A stretch of 64,000 nt of DNA from Catajapyx aquilonaris (GCA_000934665.2 JYFJ02001825.1:1-64000); one strand, 5' to 3'. Counted from the stretch's first letter, positions 19,901 through 34,900 are shown. Translations and numbers: made by a program. Notes: generated by a model from the sequence alone, not told the origin.

Positions 19901-22900
19901 TTGCCTTTGCTGACTTAGAGGATGATCTACCGTGCATAGTAAAATATGTCGCTAGGGAATTCCATCACTTCCTTCCACCACCACCAGGGGACAAAGTACA
20001 ACTTTTCTTACAAAAAATAAAGGCGCACTTGGTCAAACTCCCGGTGTTTGTGTAAGCCATTTTGAGCACAGGCATGAGATGACGATATCTTCAGACAGCC
20101 CTGAATGGTAGCGACGCCGCATGACTGTTGTCATTAACTAGAGGTGTTTGAGAAACCCGGGGAAAAATCACATCTGAATCTCAACTTTCTCCCAATTGTG
20201 GCGCAGGAAGTATAGAGTTAAAGAATAGTAGTAATTGAATCTTTTGATTTGTTCTTCTAAATGTACGTTACAAATTGGTGGCCCTTTTAGGCTGAAGCCC
20301 TGGATGTAAATGCCGGCATTCATGGCAACTGGACCATTGAAAATGCAAAGTCTAAATTGCACCAATTCATGCAAGAGAACAAAATTAGGGCTGATTACAA
20401 GTACAATGCAGTTGGTCCAGATCACAACAGGTATGGAAAAATTATGTTATTTTATACTTGAAATATTTAACTTCCAGGAAGGAATGGTATGTTGCTACCA
20501 GAGACCTCCCAGAAACAACTTGATTTTGTGGAAGATCCCTGGAAATTGTTTTCCTGTTAATACTGAACATTTGACACATAGGGTAACGCGTTTACATGTG
20601 AGCGATTTGACAAGCGAAGTAACCAATATTGTTTGAGGTGAAAGTAACTATCGATTTTTGCTTCAAACAATACTGGTTACTTGGGTTACTCGGCGATGTT
20701 AGCGCTCGACAATGACTTTGCTCATCAAATCTCTCACATGTAAATGCAGCTTCATATGTTTGATGTGTGCACTGATGATGTGATTCATCTCTGCACACAT
20801 GTGGATAAAGAATGCTTTGCAATATCCAAGGTTCTTTGGTTTTGTAGAGCAAATGTTATTTTCATGCACGTGCAACCTGGGCAATGTTTTGGTGCATATG
20901 GATGATAGAAAAATGCTTGCAGTTTTAGTAAAACTACAATCATTTTGAGTGATTTAACAAGATAGAGCAGTGCATTATCATGCAAAGTGAATGTTGATGT
21001 CATGTGAGTTCGTCTCATCCAGAGCATGCGGTTTTCCAGTCTTCAGTCAGTGTACAAACATATAAATCAAACAGATGGTGCAACTTGTGCATTTTTGTGC
21101 TACAACTTGTGGCCATAATGGCATTTTATGAAATGATTTGCTGAATACTTTTCATATCAGAAGTTCTGAATATTGAGTTGTGCATGACTGCACACGTCAT
21201 TATTCAGAAAGGGAACTGATATCCATACTTTTTATTTTAGCTCAGGAGGGATAAACTCTGTTCTTCATAACCAGATTTTGCTAATTATATAACAAAACTG
21301 GGAATTATTGATTCCCCAAAATTGAATTAGACCGTTACAAACTTATGACGTCTACTGAGCAAGGTAGATGTACCAAGTTAATTTGCATCCTGAGATTATG
21401 AAGCTAGTTGAAATGCTTCATGATATAACGACATAATTGTTGATTCAATGGAAACTTCAGGAAATACATCTTAAACTGAAAGACTTCCTTTTGGTCTGAG
21501 ATGGAAGTGTGAAATGATGATACATTCTGAATTCAAACGAAGAATTTGAAACTTTTCACTAAGTCATGATGTTGCACTGTCTCACCAGGGTTATGCACCA
21601 AGACATTGCCAAGTCTTTTTGTGTGGGGAAGTGTAAACCATCACTGCAACCATGGTCTGGAAAGGACATGCACAGTAAGCATCCTATTGTTTTATTTGAC
21701 ATGTCTAAAAGTTTTGTGTCAATTGCATCTTGGGATAGTATTGCAGTACAAGATAGTTCATCCTCTACTACATTATGAGAAGCCACGACCAAATGTTGTC
21801 AGAGTATCAAATATAGGAGTTTTGAGCCTGTGTTATTTTGTAACAATAAGGTACATTATTTTTACCCAGTATGCATTTGAAGGTATCAGCCATAATGTAT
21901 TCTTTGCTTGAGAAGAGAGTAGTGGTCCTTGAATAATGAGGTGGCTACCTAGAAAGTGTTGTATTTGATATCAGGGAATATACTCGATACGATTTTCATT
22001 TAATTGGTACTATGAGAAGAACTGATGATAGAAGACATTGAACATGTCAGGTTGCACACTGTAAGATAATTCTCTGCATGTGAAATACTCAGCAGATAGA
22101 AACAGGTGACAGAAACCTCATGTACGACACTTGCATTAATTGTCTATTACTGTCAATTCTGATATCAAAAAAAGGCTGGAACGAAGGCTTAAGGGTGCGA
22201 ATGTAAATTAAGGGAAAGTTCTTGGTTACATATCATATTTGCAAGGCATTATGGGAGATTTTCCATTAATTAATGTTGTATAAATGAGGCTTGCAATGAA
22301 ATCAGGCATTAAAATACCATTCCTATTTGGAAGGCAGAATTTAAAAGGTGACTGTGGTGCAGGAGAGAAGGGGGAATTTTCATTCAATTGAGATAGCCTT
22401 TTTATTCTCATAAATTTTTGCCATGCGTATGTGCTACCAGCTGTCCAGATTTATCAGATGATTTGTTACTGCACAGGTATTATATGATTTCCTCACGTTT
22501 AGTAGTGTTTAGTAAAGGATTATCAAGGATAAGAAAAAGTGTTTTCCTCTTTCACAATAATATCAGAACGTTACACAAGACTGCTCCAGCCAATTTGGCT
22601 AAGGATGATGAGGATATTTTTGCTTAATAAAAATAATAATTGAAGAGCATGTAAATAATGTTGTGTGGCATTGAACTCATAAACTTTCTCATAAGCTCAT
22701 TTGCTGCTTTTAGAGACTAGCTATGTTAAATAGGAATCTACTATTCAAGGTCCTGGAAATATTACAGTTTTTTGAAGCAAATTAATATGATTATTTTGGT
22801 GTAGTAGACTTGGAGTGGGGTGGACTTGCATGGCAATTTCCAGTAGTTTGTCATAAAGGAATTTCATGAAATACTGATATGCTAAAAGCTGTATTATCCA

Positions 22901-25900
22901 TCTGTTGCAACTGTAGCATTGTAACTGATACCTTCTTGTGGAAATTATAATTTAACCTCATTTGTTGGCACGAAACTTTTAGTCAGTCCTATGTGATTAT
23001 TGTTCATATCCCTAACATTTTCTGTCATTCTCTTGTGTAGGAGTTTTGTGGCTGAAATGAATTTCTATGTGAAGCAACTGCAGCGAAGTAAGTGATTTTG
23101 CTTTATTTTATTTTTCGTAGCAATTAAGTAGCTTCTGCCAAAAGTATTGGAGAATTACCCAGGAGAATCTTTGTAACAAAATTGATTTTAGTATATTCAG
23201 TCTCTTAAAAGCTTATTGCGTGGTCCTATGTTGAAACATGACATTTGACTGGCATTTTGGGGAAATCCCAACACCATAAAAGGCAGCAGTTTGTAAGAAA
23301 GGTGTACTTTAAGCACAATTTGATATAGAGAACTTATTTTCAATCCACCGGTACACTTGAAGCTAATAATGGCTGTTATTTTTGGTACCAATTTCAAGAT
23401 GTATATGCAAGAGAAGCAGGATCCAACAAGCAATCTGCTTCAAAGAGCTGTGCCCTGTCTCTCGTGCGGCAGTTGTTTCACTTTGGAGTGATACCTGCCT
23501 TCTCTGGCACATTGAAGAAGGCTGATCAGGGAACCATGAAGCCATTTGAAGTTGCTGTAGCACCAGAATTGGAAAAACAGTTGTACGATGTTCTTGAGGC
23601 TTTGCAGCTTACTCCAGTTGATGTGGTAAGAACAGTAAACGAAATAGCGCATGTGCCATTAATACCTTTTTATTAAGGTATTTAGTAATTACATAATAAT
23701 AAATTAATTTGAGAATTTTTTGGATAAAAATGTGAAGAAACCAGGTCACCCAGAAGATAATCACAGATGCGATACCAGGAGTCTTTAGTGTCCATTGTTT
23801 GTACATGTGCCAGTTACAAGTGGAATTGTCTTATTATTACCTGAGAGCCAATTTTCTGTCATTCAAATACATGTAGGAACTTTATTGATGCCAAATGAAA
23901 CTATGTCAATGATTGCTGCTTGCAGAAGTATTTGAAGAATTAGTAAGTAATAAATTCTGCAGGCTGACTGCTTCTAGAATCACTCAGGGCTGGCAGAGCA
24001 ATTCCAGCATTTGTATAACCCATATATAACCACAGATGTAACACCAAGCCAAGTTTGGCATGTGAGATTTCAAAATTCTGGTGTCCAACCTCACAAAGGC
24101 AGGCAGACTGTATAGTCATAGATTTCATCTGCTGCCTATGATACGTAATATCCAAATGTGTTGCAGCCTGAGGGCAGTAGCGAGGCACAGCCAGGTCCAT
24201 CTGTTTCTCTGGTGACAGACCATCGCCTAGAGGACTTTGAGTCAGCCAGCAAACCCCAGCCAGCAGGGGTGGTCTCCTGGTCCCCTCCTCAACCCAACTG
24301 GAACCCTTGGACTGGCTGCAATATTGATGAAGGCCCTCTGGCCCATGTGAGTAGTTGAAAAGTATTACTTTAGGCTAAGGGGTAAATGATACTGAATTCA
24401 GGTGTATGGACTTTCTGATTTTAAGAACAGTCAAGTATCAGAGCCCTGTTCACAGGTTGAATGAAATTGAAGTCGACAAACTAACAAAGATCAGTGGTGA
24501 TTCAATGTAATCTGTTCATAAATACTGGATTAAGTGGAAACTTGCTTCAGATTATCGCTAGTCCCACCAAAGACTTTTCCATGCTTTTCTGTTGCATTAA
24601 GTGAATACTGTTTGGGAATTCTCCATACACACACAGTTGTGTGGTCAGGTCTTCCTTCTGCCCTCATTTTTCACGTTGTGCCACCTGTACATAATCAGTA
24701 GCTGTGGCATTTTTATCCCTCCTCAAGCCCCTTGGAATCCAGTGCTTGCTACACACAGGGAGAAAGTTTGACCCACATGGAATTTATTGTCATCTGAGTT
24801 CACGAATTGTAAAGCCATTTTTTTGCAGACAGATGTTTCTTTGTGCATTATATTTGTCACATGACTATCTTGTGTTGGTCAAGTGATGATGTGTAAAATG
24901 TGCCAAAGCTTTTTGTTTGAGAGGCTAATCGCTAGTGGAATTTTTTCCACCATAGGCTTCCATGGACAACATAAGCAACGACCTGATGACTGCATTCAAG
25001 GACCGCCAGCAAACTGATGAAGTGGTGCAACGCATGAACAAGGAAAGGAGCAAACTCCCTGTTGCTGTCATGCGAACAACCATCATGAGTGCAATCAATG
25101 AGAATCCAGTCATTGTCATCAGAGGGAATACTGGCTGTGGAAAAACAACTCAGGTAATAAATAAGTAACAGAAAGAGATGTGCTTTAATATCGCAGGAAA
25201 TTGTGCCTCTGAAGTATAGTGCAGTCTAATCCCTCTATAACGAATCCGGATATAACGAAAATCCGCTTATAACGAAAGAGAATTTGTGGCCGTCAGAGGC
25301 CCCATATAAACCCATGTTAAAAATATCCGCTTTTAATGAAAGGAATTTCGTTTTCGGTTCGCATATAATGAAGAAATTTCGCTCCTCCAGTCCCATCTCT
25401 CGACCGAAAAAGGGCAGAAATGGGCAAATTGGGCCATAAATCACCATCTGTGTGTTCGGGATTCAACCATTTTTCACACATTCCGTCCAAAAGTTGATAA
25501 TTTGGGATCCTAATGGAAGGGAAAGGAGGGGGGAGGGCTGTCGCGCAGTGACTCAGAACTGCCCACTGGATTTATTGCTACCACGTGGCCCCACCAGGAG
25601 GCAGGTGGTTAAAACCTGGGAAAATTCATCTGAAATTTGAGCAGCAAAACGAATCACATCTGGAATTGAATTCCCAGACGCGGACTTATCATATGTGCCT
25701 GACAGATGGGATGAGGGCTCGAGTGGAAAAGGAGAAGGGCTTTGGCCTGCATCTGGTGCAGTCCGACTCCTGCACACTTCACTCAGAAGCAGTTTTCGGC
25801 ATGGCACCAAAGAGGATGAGTCTCAGCGTGGAAGAAAAACGTCAAATTTTGAAAAAAGTTGATTCGAAGCAAGGAGACAGTACAAGATAAGACAAATAAG

Positions 25901-28900
25901 AGCCTGACCTTTCCTTATCATCTTTCCTCACCATTTCCTCTTTCCCCCCTTGGGTCTACTACTTGCGCGGGCATATTATGCTGGCGCGGCGGGTTAGGTG
26001 ATCGGCCGAATTGCTGTAGCTTATTGTTGTCGCCTTTGCGCCGTGCTTTGTGAGATAATCTGATTTAGCGCAGAAGAATTTTTTAACTATTTTTCCCGCT
26101 ACCAGGGCTTAATATAATGCCTAAATATCGAAAAAGTGAGGTTTAAACGCGTTCTTTATGTAACGAATTTCGCATATAACGAAAGAAAAGGAGGAGGCAC
26201 AAAATATATGGGCGAGTGGCCTTCAGTTCGATTTGCCTAAAAATTGGATATGTTATGGCCCAGACCATCCTGATCAATGTTAGATAGGGACATTTCGATG
26301 TAGGACCTACAGGGAGCATGCTATTGACCTCCGAAGGTCATATGGGATATGCTCTGGTTTTCCGTTCGATTTGGCTGAAAATTGGATATGTTGCAGCCCA
26401 GACCATCCTGATCAATGTTGGATAGGGACATTTCGAGGTAGGGCCTACAGGGAGCATGCTAATTGCTATTCATCGAAGAGGCTAGAAGACTGCTGTGAGA
26501 GAAACCTCGCATCCTTACATTGACCCAATGAATGTTGAAGTGCAGCTGGAGGAAACTCCAGATGGCAATCTTCAAGGAGTAGAATTTGAACCAGATGAAT
26601 AGGTAATAAAGATTAATAGATAATTTAATGCAATAACCATTGAGTTCCTGAGACTTATTATTGTAGTCTACTACTCCCCCTATTACCTGCGGAGGTCATT
26701 AGCATGCTCCCTGTAGGTCCTACCTCGAAATGTCACTATCCAACATTGATCAGGATGGTTTGGGCTGCAACATATCCAATTTTCAGCCAAATCGAACGGA
26801 AAACCAGAGCATATCCCATATGACCTTCGGAGGTCAATAGCATGCTCCCTGTAGGTCCTACCTCGAAATGTCCCTATCTAACATTGATCAGGATGGTCTG
26901 GGCCATAACATATCCTATTTTCAGGCAAATCAAACGGAAGGCCACTCGCCCATATACAGGGTGTAAATGAATTCAATCGACAAACTTCTAGGGGTGATAG
27001 AGGGGACCAAGACAAACATTTTTGACATAGGAAACCGTGTCCGGAAACGCCATCTAGAGGGAGTTCATAGACGAGGAACAGGTGCGCTCAGACGCGTCAC
27101 GCGCGAGGCGCAAGTCAAGCGGACTGTTTTGTCCTTGTCTATGAACCCCCTCTAGATGGCATTTCCGGACACGGTTTCCTATGTAAAAAATGTTTGTCTT
27201 GGTCCCCTCTATCACCCCTAGAAGTCTGTCGGTTGAATTCATTTACACCCTGTATTTTGTGCCTCATCCTTTGGTTCCCTTCAATTTCGTTATAGAGGGA
27301 TTTGACTGTACTTGGTTTTTATCTTATTTTTAACACAAAGCTTTGAAAAAATGTGTACACATTTTAATGGGAGATACGGAACATCAAGACAAACCTTATT
27401 GTCAATGAATATACATTCCCAAGTGAAATTGAAGGAATGGTGTTGCTGCCACTTGAAATTTTGTAACCATGAATGTTTATGATTCAGAGCCGATTAAATC
27501 TGTGGTGTCTTTACATCTAGGTCTGTCAGTATATTCTGGACGATCACATCCAAGCTGGCCAGGGTGCCTACTGCAATGTGCTGATCACGCAACCTAGGAG
27601 GATCTCTGCTGTGTCTGTTGCTGACCGTGTGGCCAGCGAGAGAGTGGAAGATCTTGGCTCCTCAGTTGGATACAGTGTGCGGTTTGAGTCATGTCTGCCT
27701 AGACCATATGGATCTGTACTTTTCTGCACTGTGGGTGAGTTCACACCCTCAGGGTGCTGGTAAATTGTTCTTCAATCTGGAAGTGTGAGTGGAGTTGTCT
27801 CTCAATTTTTGCTGACTTGCATGTCTGAGAGAGGCTTGGTGTGGGACATTTTTAGCATTATGTTTGCAATATGTCTTGGTCATATAGGGTGTATCAGACG
27901 TCAGTACCTATTACCGTATTATTTCCTAATAACTTTCCGACGCGTACACCTACGGAAGTGAAACAAGATTCAAAATGTCCGGGAATTCATGGGATTTGAG
28001 CTGGGTGACACCTTGCTACTGTGGCACTGCTAGCGAGCATAGCTTGACACTTCTTGCCGTGATGCTAGCTGGGGCAGCTTAGAACAAAATGTCGGACCAC
28101 CTGTCTGTGATATCACAGGTCAGCACCCAAACACTCCTACCCCATCTTTATGTCACAGACAGGTGGTCCTACATTTTGTTATAAGCTGCCCCCGCTAGCA
28201 GCACCACCACAGCAAGAAGTGTCAAGCTATGCTCGCTAGCAGTGCCACAGTAGCATGGTGTCACCCAGCTCAAATCCCATGAATTCCTGCACATTTTGAA
28301 TCATGTTTAACTTCCATTGGTGTGCTCATTGGAAAGTTATTTGAAAATAAAAATAGGTACCGACTTCTGATACACCCCCTTATATCTGCATTTATAGAGT
28401 AAATGTTGTTCTCAACTACTGTGCCGTCTTCATCCTTTGAGATTAAAATGTTATGTAAAATCTGTGTTACCTTTTCAGGTGTTCTTCTTCGCAAGCTTGA
28501 GAATGGCCTGAGGGGTGTGAGTCATGTCATTGTGGATGAAATCCATGAACGGGATATCAACAGTGATTTTGTAATGGTGGTGCTGAGGGACATGGTACAT
28601 ACATTCCCAGACCTTAGGCTCATCCTCATGTCGGCCACCATTGACACAACACTTTTCAGCGAGTATTTTGGGAAGTGCCCTGTCATTGAGATAGAAGGGA
28701 GGGCATTTCCAGTGCAAGGTATGGTCTCAGCAATTCTAGTTTTTTTTGCGTGTGTGGGTACGTAAAGTAAAACTCATGAGAACCCTGCTCTGGATTCAAT
28801 ATCAGTCACAAAAAAGATTTGCAGTGCAGGTTTATTACAATTCATTATTGTTGCTATCGTTCCTAATAACAAATTATTTTGCTCATATTTAATCCATACC

Positions 28901-31900
28901 CGGAGGTCTACATGAGCCATGAGCCACTTGCATTTGTTTCTTCATCTGAAGTACATTTCACAGTGACTTTGCTCTTCCGGCAATTCTGGCATAGTAATAG
29001 TAGAAATGAAAGAAAATAGTTGATGAATCTGGTTGATATTGGAAGTGTGACTACACTAATAAATCAACCATTACATTAAATATCTTGGTGGACACCTTTG
29101 GGCTGGGCACAGACCACGAGATGTGCAATCTCTTGAATATACATTCTTTTCTCATTTGCATGACTGTTTGAGAAGTCAATAATTGAAGACCTCGGGTGAA
29201 GAATGATCAAGGTCCACCTCATATCAGGTGAAACTGAGATATTCTCATTTTAAATTTCGAAGGCCCATAAGGTTCCATTGTAAATCCCACTTTCTGGGCC
29301 TCCCATTGTGACCTCTAATCATTACTCCACAACTATACCATCATATCCTACACTAGTGAAACTATCTTCTGAGATATGTAACTCATTTTGACAAAAAGTG
29401 GACCTAGATCGTTCTTCCCCCGAGGTCTTCAATTGATGTTGCAAGGTTTTTTAAAAATTTGAATATGATGTAATTCTGTTCACAGAGTACTTCCTTGAAG
29501 ATTGCATTCAGCTAGTGAACTTTGTTCCTACACCTGATGCTCGTAAGAAGAAGAAAGACAAGGATGAGGAGGACCTAGAAGAGCCTGAAGAGAACCTCAA
29601 CAAAGTGGTGATGGGGGCAGATTACAGTGACAGAACGAAGCATATCATGTCCACACTGAGTGAAAGGGAGATGAACTTTGATCTCATAGAGGTAAGCTCT
29701 GAAAGAGGTCATACATTCAATAACATCAGTTCAAGGGCATGTAATTTGCATCATTAATATTTTGGTGAATTGTGGATTGTAAATGGTAATCAGTAACACA
29801 AAGTTGAATACTCTTTGAAGACTAATAATTTTCTGTAGTGGTCAGACCTGTGTGCGACTCTTTATGGCACATTTGAGTTTTAGGATAGGGTGATTGTTCC
29901 TTGCCACTTGTGACATGATGCTTTCAAATATTCCACAGGGGCTGCTGAGGTACGTCAAGCAACTGTCCATTCCTGGAGCTGTGCTCATTTTCCTTCCTGG
30001 ATGGAACCTCATCTTTGCTCTGATGCGTCACCTGCAGGCCAACCCAATCTATGGTAAGTTCTGCACTACCTTTCTGCAATATCTCCAAAACATAAAATCT
30101 GCAAATTTACAAAATTTACAAGGAAAATGCTGATTTCAGGGTCACATGCATATCGTATCCTGCCATTGCATTCTCAAATTCCTCGTGAGGATCAGCGAAA
30201 GGTTTTTGAACCAGTTCCAGAAAATGTTACTAAGGTAAGAGGAATACCTTTTCTTGTTTGTTGTAGTTTAGTTAGATATGATGTGTTTCCCTTATAACTG
30301 AATAAAATCTAGAGTTGATTATGCTGTGTTGTAATGCACTTAATTTCTTTTCTTGTTTGTAGGTGATATTGTCAACGAACCTTGCTGAGACATCAATCAC
30401 CATCAATGATGTGGTGTATGTGATTGACAGTTGCAAAGCAAAGATGAAGCTTTTCACTTCACATAACAATATGACCAATTATGCCACAGTTTGGGCTTCT
30501 AAGACCAGCCTTGAGCAGAGAAAAGGGAGGGCTGGTCGAGTCAGGCCAGGATTTTGCTTCCATCTCTGCAGCAAGGTAAAAATTTATGTTAAATAGGGGG
30601 CTACTTTAATTGAAATGCCTGTTTTTACCACAATCATTTACTGAATTGAGAATCGTTCTGTTTATTTGAAAGGCCCGCTTTGAAAAGCTGGAGGAGCATA
30701 TGACTCCCGAGATGTTCCGCACACCTCTCCATGAGATTGCCCTGATGATTAAGCTTCTACGGCTGGGAAGTATTGGCCAGTTCCTCAGCAAAGCTATTGA
30801 GCCACCTCCCATTGATGCTGTGATTGAGGCTGAAGTTCTCCTCAGAGGTACGTGTCACTATTTTTGCATAGCCTAGTAGCGAAACTGTCAAATGCAGTTT
30901 CAATGCTGTGAAAATAATAGAATCAGGCATGTCTCAAGATTAAGCTTCATGCATAAAAAGTAACAACCCTTTTCATGAAAAACAAATTGAAGAAATCCCC
31001 TGGAAAATCTGCATGGCTAATATTTTCAGCTGCATACAAACTCAATGTCAACTTAAGCATTTAAAAATCTGTAGTACCACTGTACCAGTATGTGTAAGCA
31101 TACGAGGTGCTGCCCAAAAGTTCGCGAACTGATTTTTTTCTGAAACCGCACACCTAATCGATATTATTAATACCCTATTGTGATGGTGATATCCTCCCGC
31201 TATGTACGGCCTACGGCATGGAAGTGATGTCACAATTTAGCCAGCATGTTCTATATTTTCACTAGACTTTATTTTTTTGGAAATGGTGTCCAGGTATTTA
31301 TCAAACGCAAAAAGCCGCCGACCGCCTTAAAAACCAAGCACCATGGAGTTCCCCTAAACCAATGGCCGAATTTTTTTGCCAAGTTTTGGCAAGTTCGTGC
31401 CTAGTTTTCCTGAATCACCTTCGAATACATACATACTGATCCCAGTGCTCTTCCTACTATTGGAATTCTTTGTGGAAGCCATTTTTTGTTAAGGCTCTCA
31501 GCACCACCTATTTTCCGTGGACCTGGTTTACAGAGTCAAATCTTCTTCCTTTCAGTTTAATTTTCATTTTTGGGAAAAGGAAGGTCTCAGGGAGCTAAAT
31601 CTGACTTAAAAGGTGGGTGAGGGACAGTTGGGAAATCTGCTGCGCGGGAAATGCGGTGTGCCCCGGCGTGCTGTCATGGTGATGTTCTCCCGCCACTTCT
31701 CGAGGCTTCCCTTGTCAATGTCCTCCCTAAGCCGCCTTATTCGCCAAAATTAGCTCCCTGCAACTTCTTCCTCTTCCCGAAAACGAAAATTAAGCTGAAA
31801 GGATGAAGATTTGAGAATAATTTGACGCACATTCTATGGGGTTGTACTCGCCAAATGATGTCCAAAAAACGATTGTCATCTTTAATTGAAATGGGGCCAT

Positions 31901-34900
31901 CTTTTAGCCGATTATACCATTTGTATGTAAGTGAAGTATTGTCACCAATGCATCTTGTAGCAGCTTGTGTGTTTAGAGCACTTTTGTCAAGTTTGAAACA
32001 AAATTTACGCTGTTCTTTCAGGTCATTCATTTTCACACACCCGATAGAACTGCAGAACGGACCAAACACGACACTACAAAACCCCCCACAGAAACAGATC
32101 CATTCAACCTAAGACCCTGTCACTTGGCAGAGCAGTTCAGAAAGGTCACCTGCCGCACTACCTAGAGTAGTAGCAACAACCATATGCGGTTCAAAAGTAT
32201 TGGTGTCAGTTCGCGAACTTTTGGGTATCACCTCGTATGTTGAACATTCTCACTTCCAAGCGAAGTCTTGTGTTTTGATGGCTTGTAAGCTCACATCTGC
32301 AAAATATTTGCTTGGAAAACATTAATATTACTCAATGAGACGTCTACATAAGTGTTGGGAGTGAATAGTTATGCTGAAGTTAGCATAAATTTTTAACGTG
32401 TTTACAGAACTTTGAGATGAAATGAAACCACTTGCATGGGTCCACTTGTGTAATTATTTTACCTCCACAGACATGAAATGCTTGGACAAGAATGATGAGC
32501 TAACTCCTTTGGGTCGCATATTGGCTCGTCTGCCAGTTGAACCTCGCCTGGGGAAGATGCTAGTCTTGGCCTGCATCTTTGGCTGTGTGGACGCCCTCAC
32601 CACCATTGCTGCTAACAGTTCCACCATGAACGAGTGCTTTGTCACAGGTGATGGTTTTGTAATACATTGATTTCATGTTTGGTGACTGATGGTAACAGGT
32701 GTATGCTTCTAGATTTTCAAAATCGCATTCCAAGATATCATAATAGCCTTGTTAAGGGTTTTGTCAAACTTCCGAAATGGCTGTTATTGGGTCCGTTGCA
32801 CTTGTTTCACCCTAAATTTTGTGCAGGTCTGGACAACCGCAGGCTGACATTTCAGCAGCGCCAGTTTGCAGGCAACCGCTATTCGGACCACATTGCCATG
32901 CTGAATGCCTTCCAGGCATGGGATGAGACCAGGATGCAGGGGGAGCAAGCTGAGCAGAATTTCTGTGACCATAAGATGATCTCTATGCCCACCATGAGAG
33001 TCACCTGGGAGGCTAAGGTAAGATGGAGAATGTTACGTTGGAAGAACTATTGAGATGCTACACCTACGTAAGGGTTAGCAATCATTAAGAAACTACATGG
33101 AGACATGAATTTGTGCGTGATCTGAGTTCAGAAACTCCACCAAACGACATTATCACAAACTTTCTTGGCAAGCTACACATTTAACTCATATAGTAAGGAG
33201 TATTCCACTACCCACCACAGTTCCGTACCCATGTACCATGCCGTGTGATGTGTCCACTGTTACGCCATGCCTACAACTGTTCTGTATCATTTAAAATATG
33301 TTGACATTCTCTTTTTTCACGGAGTATGCTATCTTGCCAACAGAAACAGCTTCAAGACTTGCTTCAGGCAGCTGGGTTTCCAGAAGACTGCATGGTGCCC
33401 CAGTCGTACAACTATTACGGGCCTGATGCAAAACTGGACATGGTGGTGGCCCTTCTCTGCATGGGCCATTATCCTAATGTCTGCTTTCACAAGGATAAGA
33501 GGAAGGTTGGTATTGGCATTGGTTTCCAATATTACTTGATTGTGCTACATTCATTGGTACATTTTATGTCCTTGCAAAGGTCCTGACAACTGAAGCAAAG
33601 GCAGCACTTATTCACAAGACTTCAGTCAACTGCAGCAACCGGGAGCAGGTCTTTCCATTGCCTTTCTTCGTGTTTGGCGAAAAGGTATGGTTGGGGAAAT
33701 GGAAACATGGCCTTGTGTAGCCCACTGCCAATTTATATTAATTTGGTGGAATTAATTTTCAGATTCGCACAAGAGCAGTGTCCTGCAAACAGATGTCAAT
33801 GGTGACTCCTATCCACCTCCTGCTATTTGGTTCCAGAAAAGTGGAATATGTTAATGGTGTTATCTGCCTCGACAATTGGTGAGTGATTGATTGGTGCCTC
33901 TAGTGAGGATATTTTCAGATTGAAATTGGAAGAGGCAAAACAAAACTTATACATTGAGTCTCATGATGTGATCTTGTATGATAGGATCAACCTGGCGATG
34001 AATCCTCGGCTGGCCGCAGCGATAGTTGCACTTCGCCCTTCCCTGGAAGCCCTTGTGGTTCGAGCAGCCACCAGTCCTGAGCAGGTAGTAGAGCCCACCC
34101 ACTTGGATGAAAAGGTCATCCAGGTCTTGAAGCAACTCTGCCGAGTCAATGCTGGGAGGCATGGCCTTGAGCAAGTGGGGATGCAAGGGTAGGTCACACT
34201 CATTACTGTCATTCATTGCCTGTAATTTTAATACAGTTACCTGCATTTCTTTGCAAGTTCCTGAATTCACTGTCGATCCATAAAAGTTTCGGCCAGTCGT
34301 AGCCTGGTGCTATACGTCTTCAGCACTCCAGTGTTTTTTGTCCTTAGAGTTCACCTTGAGTCACAGGTAGTTTATGAAGTGACATGTTTTGACTGCCTTT
34401 CTTTTCCTTAATTTTTACACAGATTCCAAAGCCGCCCTCCTCCACGAGGCCACATGTTTCGGGACGCAGTGGATGGAGGACCTCCGGCTAAGAGACCCAA
34501 CTTGGGTGGGGAAGGAGGCGATTCTTCCTTCAATGGACGAGGGGGAGGTAGAGGAGGCTATGGAGGTGGGGGCGGAGGTGGAGGTGCAGGGGGAGGTGGG
34601 GGCAGTTACGGAGGACAAGGATCATTTGGAGGTTAGATTTTTGCTGCTTCTTAGAATGAAGTATTCTTTGTTTAGGTCAATCATTGCTAGATTCAGAAAG
34701 GAGCAATATTGCCTGAAAATTGCCACATGTTAAGGGCCAGTTATAATATGATTGATAGTAAATCCACAACAAGTGGTTGATCAGTATTCATCACAAAGGG
34801 TTAATAACTTGTGCTGGATTTAGCATCAATCACTCAACTGGCCCTAAGTTAGTAAGAAACATTAAAGCTAAAGTGCGGACAACCAAACAACGATGTGACG

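Larger units (their letters stand above)
25222..27308 (+). mobile_element. Deleted pogo/Tigger transposon hosting two nested MITEs (DHX9 intron 8)
   Basis: TIRs cagtctaatccctctataacgaa / ttcgttatagagggatttgactg-TA; tataacgaa subrepeats; transposase N-terminus remnant [21 protein letters not shown] at 25801 (CENP-B-type HTH start). Confidence 0.8.

Noticed and set aside
19151..20140. piggyBac-like element starting at TTAA in DHX9 intron 3
   Set aside because: No matching right terminus found.
26207..26954. CRISPR-like repeats
   Set aside because: Units are ~100-140 bp, inverted, without unique spacers or cas genes, in a eukaryotic intron.
34286..34323. Hammerhead-like CTGAAGA...GAAAC on minus strand
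   Set aside because: Stem II is not adjacent to the core and I could not build stems I/III; an Infernal search would settle it.
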